Source of the DNA: Octopus vulgaris
Lineage: Eukaryota
Assembly (NCBI GenBank): GCA_951406725.2
Contig: OX597836.1
Location: 28,458,001-28,522,000, forward strand
DNA length: 64,000 bases
Direction: 5' to 3'
Every line of letters starts with the position of its first letter. Position 1 is the stretch's first letter. Positions 1 to 12,065 of the stretch are shown here, piece after piece. The position numbers and the translations under genes are program-made. The notes below the pieces were generated by a model. It did not search any database. It was not told the origin of the DNA and saw only the letters and a list, made by a program, of their open reading frames with translations.

Positions 1-535
1 TCGACTTTGCCGTTCATCCTTTCGGGGTCGATAAATTGAGTACCAGTTAAGCACTGGGGTCGATGTAATCGTCTTAATCTGTTTGTCTGTCCTTGTTTGT
101 CCCTTCTGTTTAGCCACTTGTGGGTAGTAAAGAAATAGGTATTTTGCCTGTCTTTATGTTTTGAGTTCAAATTCCACCGAGGTTGACTTTACCTTTCATC
201 CTTTCAGCATTGATAAATTAAGCACCAGTTGCATACTGGGGTCGAGCTAATCGACTGGGTCCCTTCCTCCAAAATTTCGTACCTTGTGCCTAGAGTAGAA
301 AAGAATATATGGTACCAAGATAAGGCGGTGAGCTGGCAGAAACATTAGCATGCCGGGTGAAATGCTTAGCAGTATTTCATCTGTCTGCTTCTGAGTTCAA
401 ATTCCACTGAGGTCGACTTTACCTTGCGTCCTTTCGGTGGTTGGTAAGTTAAGTACAAGTTACGTACTGGAATCGATCTAATCAACTGGGCCTCCTCCCT
501 CAAAATTTTGTGCCTTGTGCCTAGAGTAGAAAAGA

Positions 536-980
536 ATATTTGACTTGCTCTGTCACACTCAACAGTATTTGATCTGTTCTGTCACACTCGAATGGAAGTA
601 TTACTCAAAAAAAGCAATATTTGACCTACTCTACCACACTTAAGTTGAGTGTTACTCAACAATATTTGACCTGTTCTGCTAAACTGGAGTGGAGTATTAC
701 ACAGTATTTGGCCAACTCTGTCACCCAACAACAATTTTGGCCTATCCTGCCACACTCAAGAAGAGTGTTACTCATCAGTAACATTTGACCTATTCTGCTA
801 CACTCAAGTGTGATATTCCTCAATAACAACAATATTTGACCTTTTATCATACTCAAGTAGTGTTACTCAACAAGATTTGATCTGCTCTGCCAAACTCAAG
901 TAGCTTTACTCAACAACAATATTTGACCTACTCTGCCACACTCAAGTGGAGTGTTACTCAACAACAACATTTGACCTACT
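536..980. repeat. Diverged minisatellite, ~30-50 bp units (atatttgacctactctgccacactcaagtggagtgttactcaac)
   Basis: About 10 recurrences of atttgacc...cacactcaag...ttactcaac. Confidence 0.8.
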
Positions 981-1850
981 GTGTGTCATAGCCAAAATCT
1001 TCCTTCTTAAACTGCCTACTATTTGTAGCTGTTGGCTGAACAATATGTACTGACCTTAGAGAGGTCACTGTGAGGTTAGTGAAGTAGGTGGTGTTCGGGT
1101 GAGGGTGAGAGGGCTCTGTTAATGATAGGAAAATAGCCAAATAGCCCTTGGACTCTTGTGTGTTAGAGAGAGAGAGAGAGAGAGAGAGTGATATAGGAGA
1201 AAATCACTATGCTCAATTTAACTCACCTGTGTTGTGTGGTAGGTGAGAAGCAACACATACACATGCACACACACACACAAGACAGACAGACACACACACA
1301 TACACACACAGAGCTAGAAAGCAAAGAGAGAGGTGAAGCCAAACACAGACAGACAGAAGGGAGGAGAGAGAGAGAGAGAGAAGGAAGTTAGTGTGGGCAA
1401 GAAAAGATAAGGAATGGTTGATTGGGAAGAAAAGAAGAGAGATGGAGGAGGAGGAGGAATTAGTGGTGGCTGGAATGAAGAGAAATATAGAAAGAATGAA
1501 TGAGGAGTAGGAAGAGAAAGGAAAATAGATAGTGGTGGGAGGTGGGGGTGGATAGCTGTAAAGGATTGTATGTGGAGAGAGAATAGGAAGTCAGCAAGGA
1601 AGGTGGTGGTGGAGGAGGTAGTGATGGTGGTGTCGAAGGTTGTTATTTTTTTTTTTCCTATTGGCTTCCTATATGGTACTTCAGTTTGTATTTGATTCAT
1701 AAAAAAAGAAAAAAAAAGCTTTCGTCTTTGACATGAATAACTCTATAGGCAGGCAGGTAAGCTGATATTCCCACCTGACTACATCAAATACTATTATTAC
1801 TGATTTCTGAGTAAAAATGCCTGGAATATTTTTGTTTGTTTTGGTCACAT

Positions 1851-2110
1851 ATATATCTATTCGCTCAGTCGACTCGGTCACCCGATGGATCAGTGTCCTC
1901 CAGTCAGTTCTATCCTGGGCCGCTTCTTTCAGATCGGCTATGTCCATTCCGGTATCACTCTTGATGGTGTCAAGCCAGCGGGTTCTTGGTCGGCCTCTTC
2001 CTCTCTTGCCACTAACCATTCCGAGCATGATATCCTTCTCCAGGGATTTTCTCCGCATAACATGACCGAAATATGCCAATCTATGTTTGGTGATCCTAGC
2101 TTCTAGCGAC
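1851..2110 (-). mobile_element. 5'-truncated RTE/BovB-like LINE (ORF2 C-terminus) with 11-bp TSD
   Basis: SLEARITKHRLAYFGHVMRRKSLEKDIMLGMVSGKRGRGRPRTRWLD; TSD tttggtcacat at 1840-1850 and 2111-2121. Confidence 0.92.
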
Positions 2111-2462
2111 TTTGGTCACATGGCGCCCCTTAAATAATTCAGCAAGAATCATCCTACTTTAGTCAGCCACGAACATTCTAGCAAGAACCTCCATGCGATT
2201 TTTACCCACTCGAGAAATTATTTGAAACAAAGACGGTGTATTTCAAAAGAAATAAGTTAACAAAAGGGTTAAGAAGGTAGTTCATGAGTGTTGAATATGA
2301 ATGAGATTTGGTTGCTATTTCTAGCAGGTTGAGTAACTATGTAAAACAGTTGTTCACAATTGGGGTCCATATGGCCCCTGAGGGTCTATATAAATTTTTG
2401 AGGCGAGGGTTAGTAAATTGGGGATCCACAATAGAATTTGAAGGGCCCCTGAAAAACTGTTG

Positions 2463-3062
2463 CTTTAGATGTATACTCTTACTCTTTACTCTTTTACTTG
2501 TTTCAGTCATTTGACTGCGGCCATGCTGGAGCACCGCCTTTAGTCGAGCAAATTGACCCCGGGACTTATTCTTTGTAAGCCAAGTACTTATTCTATCGGT
2601 CTCTTTTGCCGAACTGCTAAGTGACGGGGACGTAAACACACCAGCATCGGTTGTCAAACAATGCTAGGGGGACAAACACAGACACACAAAGACACACACT
2701 CACATATATATATATATATATAAAAGGGGGGGGGTGCACGTAACGCCGCAATAATATAGGGATAAATATTTTATATATAAAGAACGTGAAATACAGGAAG
2801 GGACAAACACGGAACACAGACAAATCATTCGAAGCCTTCAATCTTCAGTCAGACACCGAATCATCATCGCAAATTTCGATATATATATACACACACATAT
2901 ATACAACAGGGTTCTTTCAGTTTCCGTCTACCAAATCCACTCACAAGGCATTGGTTGGCCCGGGGCTATAGCAGAAGACACTTGCCCAAGTTGCCACACA
3001 GTGGGACTGAACCCGGAACCATGTGGTTGGTTAGCAAGCTACTTACCACACAGCCACTCCTA
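2463..3062 (-). mobile_element. tRNA-derived SINE (ggagtggctgtgtggtaag family), interrupted
   Basis: Reverse complement of the 26543-26956 element; many copies in window. Confidence 0.8.
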
Positions 3063-3784
3063 TGTATTGTTATGTATTGCAAGAAACAGCTGGGTATCTT
3101 TCTCTAGCATTTTTACATAGTTGAACCTACAAGAGTTGATGTGTGAAAAACAAAATAGAAGTTTTGAAAGAAGTATCTGCAAAACTAGTTTTTAAGCATC
3201 GAATGGCTATGGGGTGGAGTCCACTAGAGTAAAATAGTAATCAAAGGGATCCATAGACAAAAAAAAAATCGTTGGAAACCCCTGTAGAGGCTTCCAAATT
3301 GTTGTGAAGACTACAAGTGATGAAAAATCGCTCAAATACACCACAACGTTTGAACCTTTTTGAATTTTTTCTTTCTCTATTTTTTCTCTTAATCTGTATG
3401 TAACTCCAAAAGTTTGTTTATTCTCTCTATTTATTTCCTCGTGTTCCATTCTGCTGAAGAGCATAGGCTCGAAATGTAAAAGACTTTCTCACATTCCTGA
3501 GCATCAAACTAATACACCTGGTTGTTGTTTATACACTTGTCTTTGTCTTTTGTTTTTCTGTCCATCCATCCATGGCCATTTGCCAGCTCCGTCTGGCACC
3601 TGTGTGGGTGGCACGTAAAAAGCACCCACTACACTCAGGAGTGGTTGGCGTTAGGAAGGGCATCCAGCCGTAGAAACACTGCCAGATCAGACTGGGCCTG
3701 ATGCAGCCTTCTGGCTTCACAGACCCCAGTTGAACCGTCCAACCCATGCTAGCATGGAAAGCGGACGCTAAATGATGATGATGA

Positions 3785-3827
<43 letters not shown>

Positions 3828-4730
3828 AGTGGCTGTGTGGTAAGTAGCTTGCTTACCAATCACATGGTTCCGGGTTCAGTCCCACTGTGTGGCACCTTGG
3901 CAAATGTCTTCTACTGTAGCCTTGGGTTGACCAAACCCTTTTGAGTGGATTTGGTAGATGGAAACTGAAAGAAGCCTGTCGTATATATGTATACATATAT
4001 ATATGTGTGTGTGTGAGTGTGTTTGTGTGTCTGTGTTTGTCCTCCCCCTCAGCATTGCTTGATGTATGCATTTTAAAAAAAATAATTTTAGTTGATCCCT
4101 TTTATATAAAAATCTGGATTTTGTATGCAATGCATAAAAAAAAGTGACTTTTTGGTATTGGTTATAAGTATGGTCTGTTGTTGTGCTTGATTGACTGCAT
4201 TCTTATGTTGGAGCTTTTGTGTCTTACTTGATGTTATACTGGTACAAGCTTCTTAATTTTCAGATAATTCTTTGTGTATTCCTTTCATTCTTGAAGGTGC
4301 ATGGCTCAGTGGTTAGAGTGTCGAGCTTACGATTGTAAGGTTGTGAGTTCTATTCCTGGACCGGGCTGTGTGTTGCTCCAGTTCACTCAGCTGTAGAAAT
4401 GAGTTGCAATGCCACTGGTGCCAAGCTGTATCGGCTCCTTTGCCTTTCCCTTGGATAACACTGGTGGCATGGAGAGGGGAGGCCGTTATGCATGGGCAAC
4501 TGCTAGCCTTCCATAAACAACCTTGTCCGGACTTGTGCCTGGGAGGGTAACTTTCTCGGTGCAATTCCATGGTCATTCATGACCAAAGGGGGTCTCCCCC
4601 ACTTCCATTCATTCTTGAACTAGAGACCATAAGATAGAAGTAACCATGGACAAAACTACATCCACAATCGCTGAAGGATGTTTCTCATGTTTATACACTT
4701 GTCTTTGTCTTTTGTTTTTCTGTAAATTTC

Positions 4731-4787
<57 letters not shown>

Positions 4788-5369
4788 AGTGGCTGTGTGG
4801 TAAGTAGTTTGCTTACCAATCACATGGTTCCGGGTTCAGTCCCACTGCGTGGCACCTTGGGCAAATGTCTTCTACTGTAGCCTTGGGTTGACCAAACCCT
4901 TGTGAATGGATTTGGTAGATGGAAACTGAAAGAAGCCCGTCGTATATATGTATACATATATACATGCTGCCATGAGAAATCCTTACATGACATTAGCAAC
5001 TGAAATCTGAACAATAATAATTAAAATGTGTTATTTTTGTAATACTCACTACTCCCCTATGAGCACCTGTTCTGAAGTACAAAGAATTTAGGACCCCTTC
5101 TTGACATTGTATATAAAGACCTTATTCATAGGTTGTCAAGTGGTGGTATAAAAAAGGAAAGTTGGAAGCTGTGGTCGGATCAGAGGAAATGGTGTGATCT
5201 TATAGTTTTAAGCTATGTAACTGAAGTTCACCTATCTGACATTACCAAAGATTGGAACTAATTCTTATAAACTTTACGATTAATGCATTTTAATTAATAT
5301 ACCCCCTTCCTCCCAATTTGATTGATCTAATTTGGTTTTGTTTTTTCTGCTTCTTGTTTTCAGTCCAAA

Positions 5370-5445
5370 ATGGATAAACTAAAAATAAATATCCGTGCAG
5401 TCTTACAGAGTGCTAAGAATGGAGTGGAGGCTTCAAATTTTGAAG
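5370..5445 (+). CDS. TDRD7: TDRD7 coding exon 1, LOTUS1 N-part (MDKLKINIRAVLQSAKNGVEASNFE)
   Basis: Polypyrimidine+cag acceptor at 5361-5363, ATG at 5370, donor GTAAAT at 5446 (phase 1); RAVLQS-KNGV LOTUS signature. Confidence 0.9.
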
Positions 5446-5599
5446 GTAAATTGTTTTTTTAAGGTATTAATCATCTAGGTAAGGCAGTGGTGGTGGTGGC
5501 TGAGACTTTGGTTTGAAGGTGAGGGCTTTATACCAAAATTCTTAGCTCTTTATTGTTCATTCTGTGTGCCATGCTGAATCACCCTGAGAACTATGTTAA

Positions 5600-5988
5600 C
5601 CCTTTCGTTACCAACCCGGCTGAAACCGGCTCTGGCTCTGAGTGCAAATGTCTTGTTTGCATAAGTTTTGAATTAAAATCTCCCACTAAACCTTAGTCAC
5701 AATTTATGTTCCTAACACTAGCTGAATGATAACTAAGTTATTTTACTAAATTCTTTGTTATATTTAACCCTTTTGATACCAACCCGACTGAAACCGGCTC
5801 TGGTTCTGAGTGCAAATGTCTTGTTTGCATAAGTTTTGAATTAAAATCTCCCACCAAACCTTAGTCACAATTTATGTTCCTAACACTAAATTAATGATAA
5901 CTAAGTTATTTTACTAAATTCTTTGTTATATTTAAAATTAATTGAAAGAAACACAGAACATCTCAAAATAAATACAGTAACGAAAGGG
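5600..5988. mobile_element. piggyBac-like MITE (TTAA TSD, CCCTTTCGTTAC TIR) with internal tandem duplication, inserted in a SINE
   Basis: ttaa|ccctttcgttac...gtaacgaaaggg|ttaa; empty site visible in the SINE copy at ~14525-14570 (gagaactacgttaaggg); sister copy 57338-57558. Confidence 0.85.
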
Positions 5989-6825
5989 TTAAGGTTATGC
6001 ATGTCTGTGGAGTGCTCAGCTACTTCGTTATCATCATCATTGTTTGATGTCCGTTTTCCATGCTGGCATGGGTTGGATGGTTTGATAGAGTTCTGGAGAG
6101 TTAGCGGCTACACCAGATCAGATTGGAGCCTGGTGCAGCCACTGGCTCTCCAGACCTCAGTCAAACTGTCCAACTCATGCCAGCATGGAAAATAGACATT
6201 AAACGACGATGATGATGATGAGGCAGTTCCGTTGATCGGATCAACTGGAACACTCTTAAAGGCATAACCGGCAGAGCGCCAGTTAATTTTCCCTGTTACA
6301 GTGATGGACCCTGTTTTATAAATTTGTATATTTTCCAATGAATTTGTTTGGGTGATCAATTTTATGGTCTGGAGTCTCACTTCACTATCAACTTATTACT
6401 GCTAGCAACAACAACAACAACAGCACACCGCAGACTGTCACTCTCTCCTCTTTCTTAACCATCTATACATACAGACATCTAATCCTCATGTAACATCTGA
6501 CACCTTGTCTTGTTTACATAAACGGATTTCCGAAACTTTCTTCAGTGATGATATAATGACTTAATCTCCTTCAACCACACAGAGATACAATCACTACACA
6601 TACTAAGCAAACAGTCCTGTTATCCCAACCTGTCTCTTCAGTTATCCGTGACACAATGGAAGCCCTCACCTGCTATAAACACAAGAGCTCACAATCTCTA
6701 TCAAGTCTTCCATGGTGAATTCTATTTTGTAAACCAGACTCTCTTTTTAGCACGAACACACGACACACACATGCACACAACGTGAACGCACACACACAAG
6801 CACACATGAACTGAGACGAACACAC

Positions 6826-7200
6826 AGGAACCCACACGGACACACACGAACCCACACGGACACACACGAACCCACACGGACACACACGAACCCACACGGA
6901 CACACACGAACCCACACGGACACACACGAACCCACACGGGCACACACGAACCCACACGGACACACATGAACCCACACGGACACACATGAACCCACACGGA
7001 CACACACGAAACCACACGGACATACGAACCCACACGGACACACATGAACCCACACGGGCACACACGAACCCACACGGACACACATGAACCCACACGGACA
7101 CACACGAACCCACACGGACATACGAACCCACACGGACACACACAAACTCACACGGACACACACGAACCACACGAACACACCCACGAGCACACACGAACCC
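6826..7200. repeat. 20-bp minisatellite (gaacccacacggacacacac)n
   Basis: Direct inspection; explains overlapping Cys/Val- and His/Thr-rich ORFs. Confidence 0.95.
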
Positions 7201-7834
7201 ACCCACGAACATACACATACACGCAAACACACACACACACCTGTGACTGCTGCTGTTGGACATACATTTAGAACAATGGTTCTCAACTGTGGCTTCCAGG
7301 GACACATGTGGCCCTCAGCATCCTTCAAGTGGCCTTTGGTTTTCTCTCTATAAATACAATAAATTTTCCTTTAAATGATTTGTAACTTACCATTTTTGGT
7401 GTGGCTCACTAAATAAAATCCAGATTTTGGATTTGGCCCAGATATTCCCCTATTTCTTCTTGCTACCCTTTGTATTGCAACTGCAGTGCTCACTGTTCCT
7501 CTAAAGCAGACAGTTTCTTATCCCCTCGACCCAGGTGCTCCTTAGTCACCCTTCTTACCTCTTCTAATTCCTCCTGCGTCCTAATTCCTCTTCTCTGTCA
7601 ACCCCATCTGTGTATTAGACCTCTGCCTACAAATGTTTAAACTGGACATTAACCTCTCTGTCTACCTGATCCACTCAAGACTTTAGTTGGCCTGGGGCTA
7701 TTTAGTAGAAGACACTTGCCCAAGGTGCCACTCGGTGGAACTGAACCCAAGACCATATGGTTGGGAAGCAAGCTTCTTAACCACAGCCATGCCTGTTACA
7801 CATAGGTGTATGTCTTACCATCATTTAAGTCCTT

Positions 7835-8208
7835 TTTACTTGTACTTGTAGCGACATTTACCCTGGGCGGGTTGAGTCGACTTCTTCTCATGGAAGAAGT
7901 TTCGTGGGGATATGTGGATTTCACAAGCGGTCCCCAACAATCCTGCATGTAGAGACATCCTGTTTGCCACAGATTGCCCGCAGACGCAGGGACAGAACAA
8001 CCGAAGAGCCGCTGGTTGCCGAAGCAGACACTCCGAGGATTTTCACTAGAGCCCCGTCTGCTGGGTTGTGGCCCTAATACCACTCAGTGTCAGAGCAATC
8101 CGCCTTGGGTGGTCCTACCAGGAACCGAAGTTCCCGACAGCATAGCTCTGACGCTACCCGTTGCCAGCGTCCCCACCACGGTGAGGAGGGGATGGACTTT
8201 GGGGACGC
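7835..8208 (-). mobile_element. Non-autonomous RTE-related short retroelement with structured 5' end and (ACAAGT)-type tail
   Basis: Near-perfect 13-bp direct repeat catttaagYcctt at 7822-7834 and 8208-8220; minus-strand tail tacaagtacaagtaaa; 5' part resembles RTE 5' UTRs (cc....cgtggtg...gagctatgc...cctggtagg). Confidence 0.7.
8052..8208 (-). ncRNA. Candidate HDV-like self-cleaving ribozyme
   Basis: P1 GCGUCCCC/GGGGACGC, L3 UCACCGU, P1.1 CA/UG, GCAA, P4 GGGU/ACCC, CNRA (CAGA), P2 CCCC/GGGG; a few mismatches. Confidence 0.6.
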
Positions 8209-9303
8209 ATTTAAGCCCTTCGTTACCATATTTCTTTAAAACTACATTGCCTTTGGTTCAACAAATTTTGAAAATATTGAAGAATTTAGTTAAAAAAAAC
8301 TTTGTCATTATTCAGCTGTTGTTTGGGACATAAATTAACATGGAATTCTGATGGAAGGTTTTAATTTACATCACTTTAAAACTTGGAACTTGTACCATAA
8401 GAACCAGGGGCAGTCTCAGACAGGTTGATATCAAAAGAGTTAATGTCCCTTTTTTCCATGCTGTGGGTTGGATGGTTTGACAGGAGCTGGTAAGGCTGGA
8501 AGCTGTACCAGGTTCCATTGTCTGTTTTGGTCGGATGCTCTTCCTAACACCAACCTCTTTTGAGAGTGTACTGGGTACTTTTTCTGTGGTGCCAGCACTG
8601 ACAGGATCGCCTGTGTGAGTGTGTGGGTGTGTGTGTGTGTGTGTGTTTGTATATGTGTGTGTGTGTATATATATATATATAGGTGCAGGAGTGGCTGTGT
8701 GGTAAGTAGTTTGCTTACCAACCACATGGTTCTGGGTTCAGTTCCACTGTGTGGCACCTTGGGCAGGTGTCTTCTACTATAGCCTCAGGCCGACCAGAGC
8801 CTTGTGAGAGGATTTGGTAGATGGAAACTGGAAGGAGCCCGTTGTATATGTTTGTGTGCCTGTGTTTGTTCTCCCACCATTGCTTAGGCAATTGAGGTTT
8901 GTGTGTTTACATCCCTGTAACTTAGCGGCTCGGCAAATGTGACCGATAGAATGAGTACTAAGTTTACAAAGGTGGTGCTCCAGCATGGCTGCAGTCAAAT
9001 GACTGAAACAAATTAAAAGAATAACAAAAAAAAAAAAAGAAAGAATCCATCCATCCATTCACTAACACAAACACACACATCTGTATATGCACACACCTGT
9101 ATATGCACACACACACACACACACACCTGTATATGCACACACACACACACATCTGTATATGCACACACACACACACACATCTGTGTACACACACACACAT
9201 CTGTATACACACGCACACACACAAAACTGAATCTCCATTTTGCTTCATGATTTTCATTACATTTTTGTCAATGTTTTACCTTTGTTTTTTTTTCACTATT
9301 TAG

Positions 9304-9409
9304 ACCACTACAGAAGCTTGACAAAAGAAAACATACAATATGCACAGTATGGCTATAAGAGCCTTGACGAACTTATGGCCAACATTCCAGATACTGTATA
9401 CTTAGCAAA
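9304..9409 (+). CDS. TDRD7: TDRD7 exon 2, LOTUS1 (DHYRSLTKENIQYAQYGYKSLDELMANIPDTVYLA)
   Basis: tag acceptor, GTAAGT donor, phase 1 to 2; YRSLT..GY.SL..L..IP LOTUS motif. Confidence 0.92.
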
Positions 9410-9589
9410 GTAAGTTTCATGAACTCATTGTTTTCAATGTTTGTTGTTGTTTTGCCATATCAACTCTGGTCAGCCCTGATCAAAAATCTCTGACAATAAA
9501 AGATGTTCTAGCTATGACTATCCTGTCCTTTTTGTAATTTTTTTTACATACATACCATATTTTTCAGTAAACAATACAAGTCAATGTAG

Positions 9590-9926
9590 TTAGTTATATA
9601 ATACGAGCAAAACGTCCCCCCCCATCCAATGATGCTGAGTTGCCAAAGCCAGGTTTTTTTTGTGCAAACTGCACGTGCATTTTTCTCGCGTACGCGTAGT
9701 ATCAATTGCAACAGCTGATGTACTTGCACGTACAAATACACGTTCTCATGGCTTTATCGATTGCATTCTCACCTGGAATCAATTTTTGTAATTTTTTCAA
9801 GACTTATACATGCCCTGATATCGTCGGTATCTACATATCAAATTTGAGCGCATTCAGATGGAGGATGCCCGAGATCTTAGAAGACACACACACACAGTCA
9901 GACAGAACGGATTTTATATAATAGAT
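9590..9926 (-). mobile_element. Possible non-autonomous Helitron-like element
   Basis: Minus strand begins atctattatataaaa followed by tctgtctg/tgtg repeats, as in short Helitron derivatives; 3' CTRR end not clearly seen. Confidence 0.35.
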
Positions 9927-9929
9927 AAA

Positions 9930-10400
9930 CATCATCATCATCATCGTTTAACGTCCGTTTTCCGCGCTAACACGGGTTGGACGGTTCGACCAGGGTCTGG
10001 GAAGCCAGGGCTGCACCAGGCTCCAGTCTGATCTGGCAGTGTTTCTACAGCTGGATCCCTTCCTAACGCCAACCACTCCACGAGTGTGGTGGGTGCTTTT
10101 TACGTGCCACCTGCACAGGTGCCAGGGGTGTCTGGCATCGGCCATGATCGGTTGGTGCTTTTAACGTGCCACCGGCACGGAAGCCAGCCAAGGGGGCGCT
10201 GGCATCAGCCACGTTCAGATAGTGCTTTTTATGTGCCACCGGCACAGAAGCCAGTCGAGGCGGTGCTGGCATCGGCCACGTTCGGATGGTGCTTTTTATG
10301 TGCCACCGGCACAGAAGCCAGTCGAGGCGGCGCTGGCAACGGCCACATTTGGTAGGTGCTTTTTATGTGCCACCGGCACAGGTATCACAACTATTATTTC
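9930..10400 (-). mobile_element. SINE-like repeat with (GAT)n tail and internal ~55-60 bp tandem units
   Basis: Same family at 3570-3790, 15330-15500, 27375-27560, 35140-35510, 37920-38220, in both orientations. Confidence 0.8.
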
Positions 10401-10839
10401 CATTGATATTTGTTTCGATGTACATGTAGTGTAAACATCCAAACATTATTGCTATCTTACCAAATCCTGTTGCATTTCTCATGGAATATTTAGTCCTTGA
10501 AAATCATCTTGGTGTATAAGTCAGCCTATCCCCCCCCTCTTTTATTTTTGCTGTAAATTTTTGTCTGAAAAAATTCAACTTGGTATTTCGTCTGTCTTTG
10601 TTCTGAGTTGAACTTCCGCCGAGGTCAACTTTGCCATTTATCCTTTCGGGTTTGATAAATTAAGTACCAAGTTTTGTACTGGGGCCGATCTACTCAACTG
10701 GCCCCTTCCCCAAAAATTTTGGGCCTTGTGCTTAGAGTAGAAAACAGTATATCGTATAAGCATGTAGAGTAAACATTCAAATATTGTGACTTTCTTTTGT
10801 ATATGTCCTATCACTGATCTGTGATCTTCTGTTTTCCAG

Positions 10840-10948
10840 TTATCGTGGTACAAAGATTTATCGTGCAGTCTGTACCGATTCCACATATCACCTACAGAAG
10901 CTCATTGACAGACAGAAGTCAGTATCAGCTCGAAAATCAAAACCGGTT
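10840..10948 (+). CDS. TDRD7: TDRD7 exon 3, eLOTUS C-terminal extension (NYRGTKIYRAVCTDSTYHLQKLIDRQKSVSARKSKPV)
   Basis: ccag acceptor, GTATGT donor, phase 2 to 0; T.HL..LI.RQK matches the extended-LOTUS helix. Confidence 0.88.
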
Positions 10949-11019
10949 GTATGTATTCGTATGGACAATATTGTTTACATAAGTGTGTTTGTGTGGGTTT
11001 CTGTAAATGTGTGTGTGTA

Positions 11020-11073
<54 letters not shown>

Positions 11074-11199
11074 TGATAATGGATTGATGTAGAAAAAGAA
11101 TTTAGTCTTGAAAAATATTTAAAACATAAACCTCATGGAATCTCAATGTGTAATTTTGTGATTGGTGAAAAACGAATGCTCTGGATAGCATTCAGCCCA

Positions 11200-11260
<61 letters not shown>

Positions 11261-11465
11261 CATACACACACACATATATAAAGAAAACAAGAAATGGAAC
11301 AAGAACATAACAGGTGACAACAAAACATCCAAACAGTTAGACGATACAAAAAAGGACAGGAAAAAACAAGGACGGTTCATTCGGAGCTTCCTATCTTCAG
11401 TTGAATTCCAGATTGTCTTTGCAGTTTCGACCGGTTATACAGACATACATATATATCCATACCAC

Positions 11466-12065
11466 TATCCACAATAACCTTGCCAGAGCATGATCTGTGA
11501 ACCGTGCATCTGCTTTCTCCCCCCACCCCACTGTCTTCTGTTTCCCCTCACCTACCACCCTACCTCTCCAACGCACCATTCTCAGAGCCTTCCGGTAACT
11601 CCAGTCTGATCCCTCCACTTCACACATCTTTCCTAACCAACCCTACCCCTCCTTCAAATGAGCCCACAACGTGCGAGACCTCTTGGTCCACAGCTTCATC
11701 CCTTACCCAACCTTCCAACCTGGCTCATTCCCCTGCTCCCACCCACGCTGCTGCACTTGCTCTTACCTCTCCAACACCACCCTCCTCACCAGCACCCATC
11801 ATCGACCCTATCTTATTACCGACTCCTTCACCTGCACTTCTACCAATGTCATCTCCTGCTCTCTCTGCCCTTCTCTATACATTGGGCAAATGGGATGCTG
11901 CTTGGTTGACTGGTTCGTGGAACACCTCAGACATCTGACTTGGCAATGACACCCCAGTCTTGTGCTATTTCCACTCTTTGCATATATGTCTGTGTTCAGA
12001 TTGTCCTTGCACAGGGGTCATTTGGACTCCTGTCTTCGCCATGAACAGGGATTAATCTTCTCTCT
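11466..12065 (+). mobile_element. Penelope-like element remnant (GIY-YIG endonuclease region)
   Basis: PGSFPCSHPRCCTC...FTCTSTNVI-SCSLCPSLYIGQMG..L..WF.EHLR; frameshifted and degraded. Confidence 0.85.

Noticed and set aside
536-980. CRISPR-like repeat/spacer appearance
   Set aside because: Units are degenerate copies of each other without unique spacers; eukaryotic context and no cas genes
6673-7353. Cys/Val-rich overlapping ORFs with CPCG repeats
   Set aside because: Arise from a 20-bp minisatellite that is open in several frames on both strands
8040-8085. Pistol-ribozyme-like GUGG..UUAGGGCCAC hairpin
   Set aside because: Lacks the conserved AAA linker and remaining pistol helices; better explained as part of the HDV-like P4 insert
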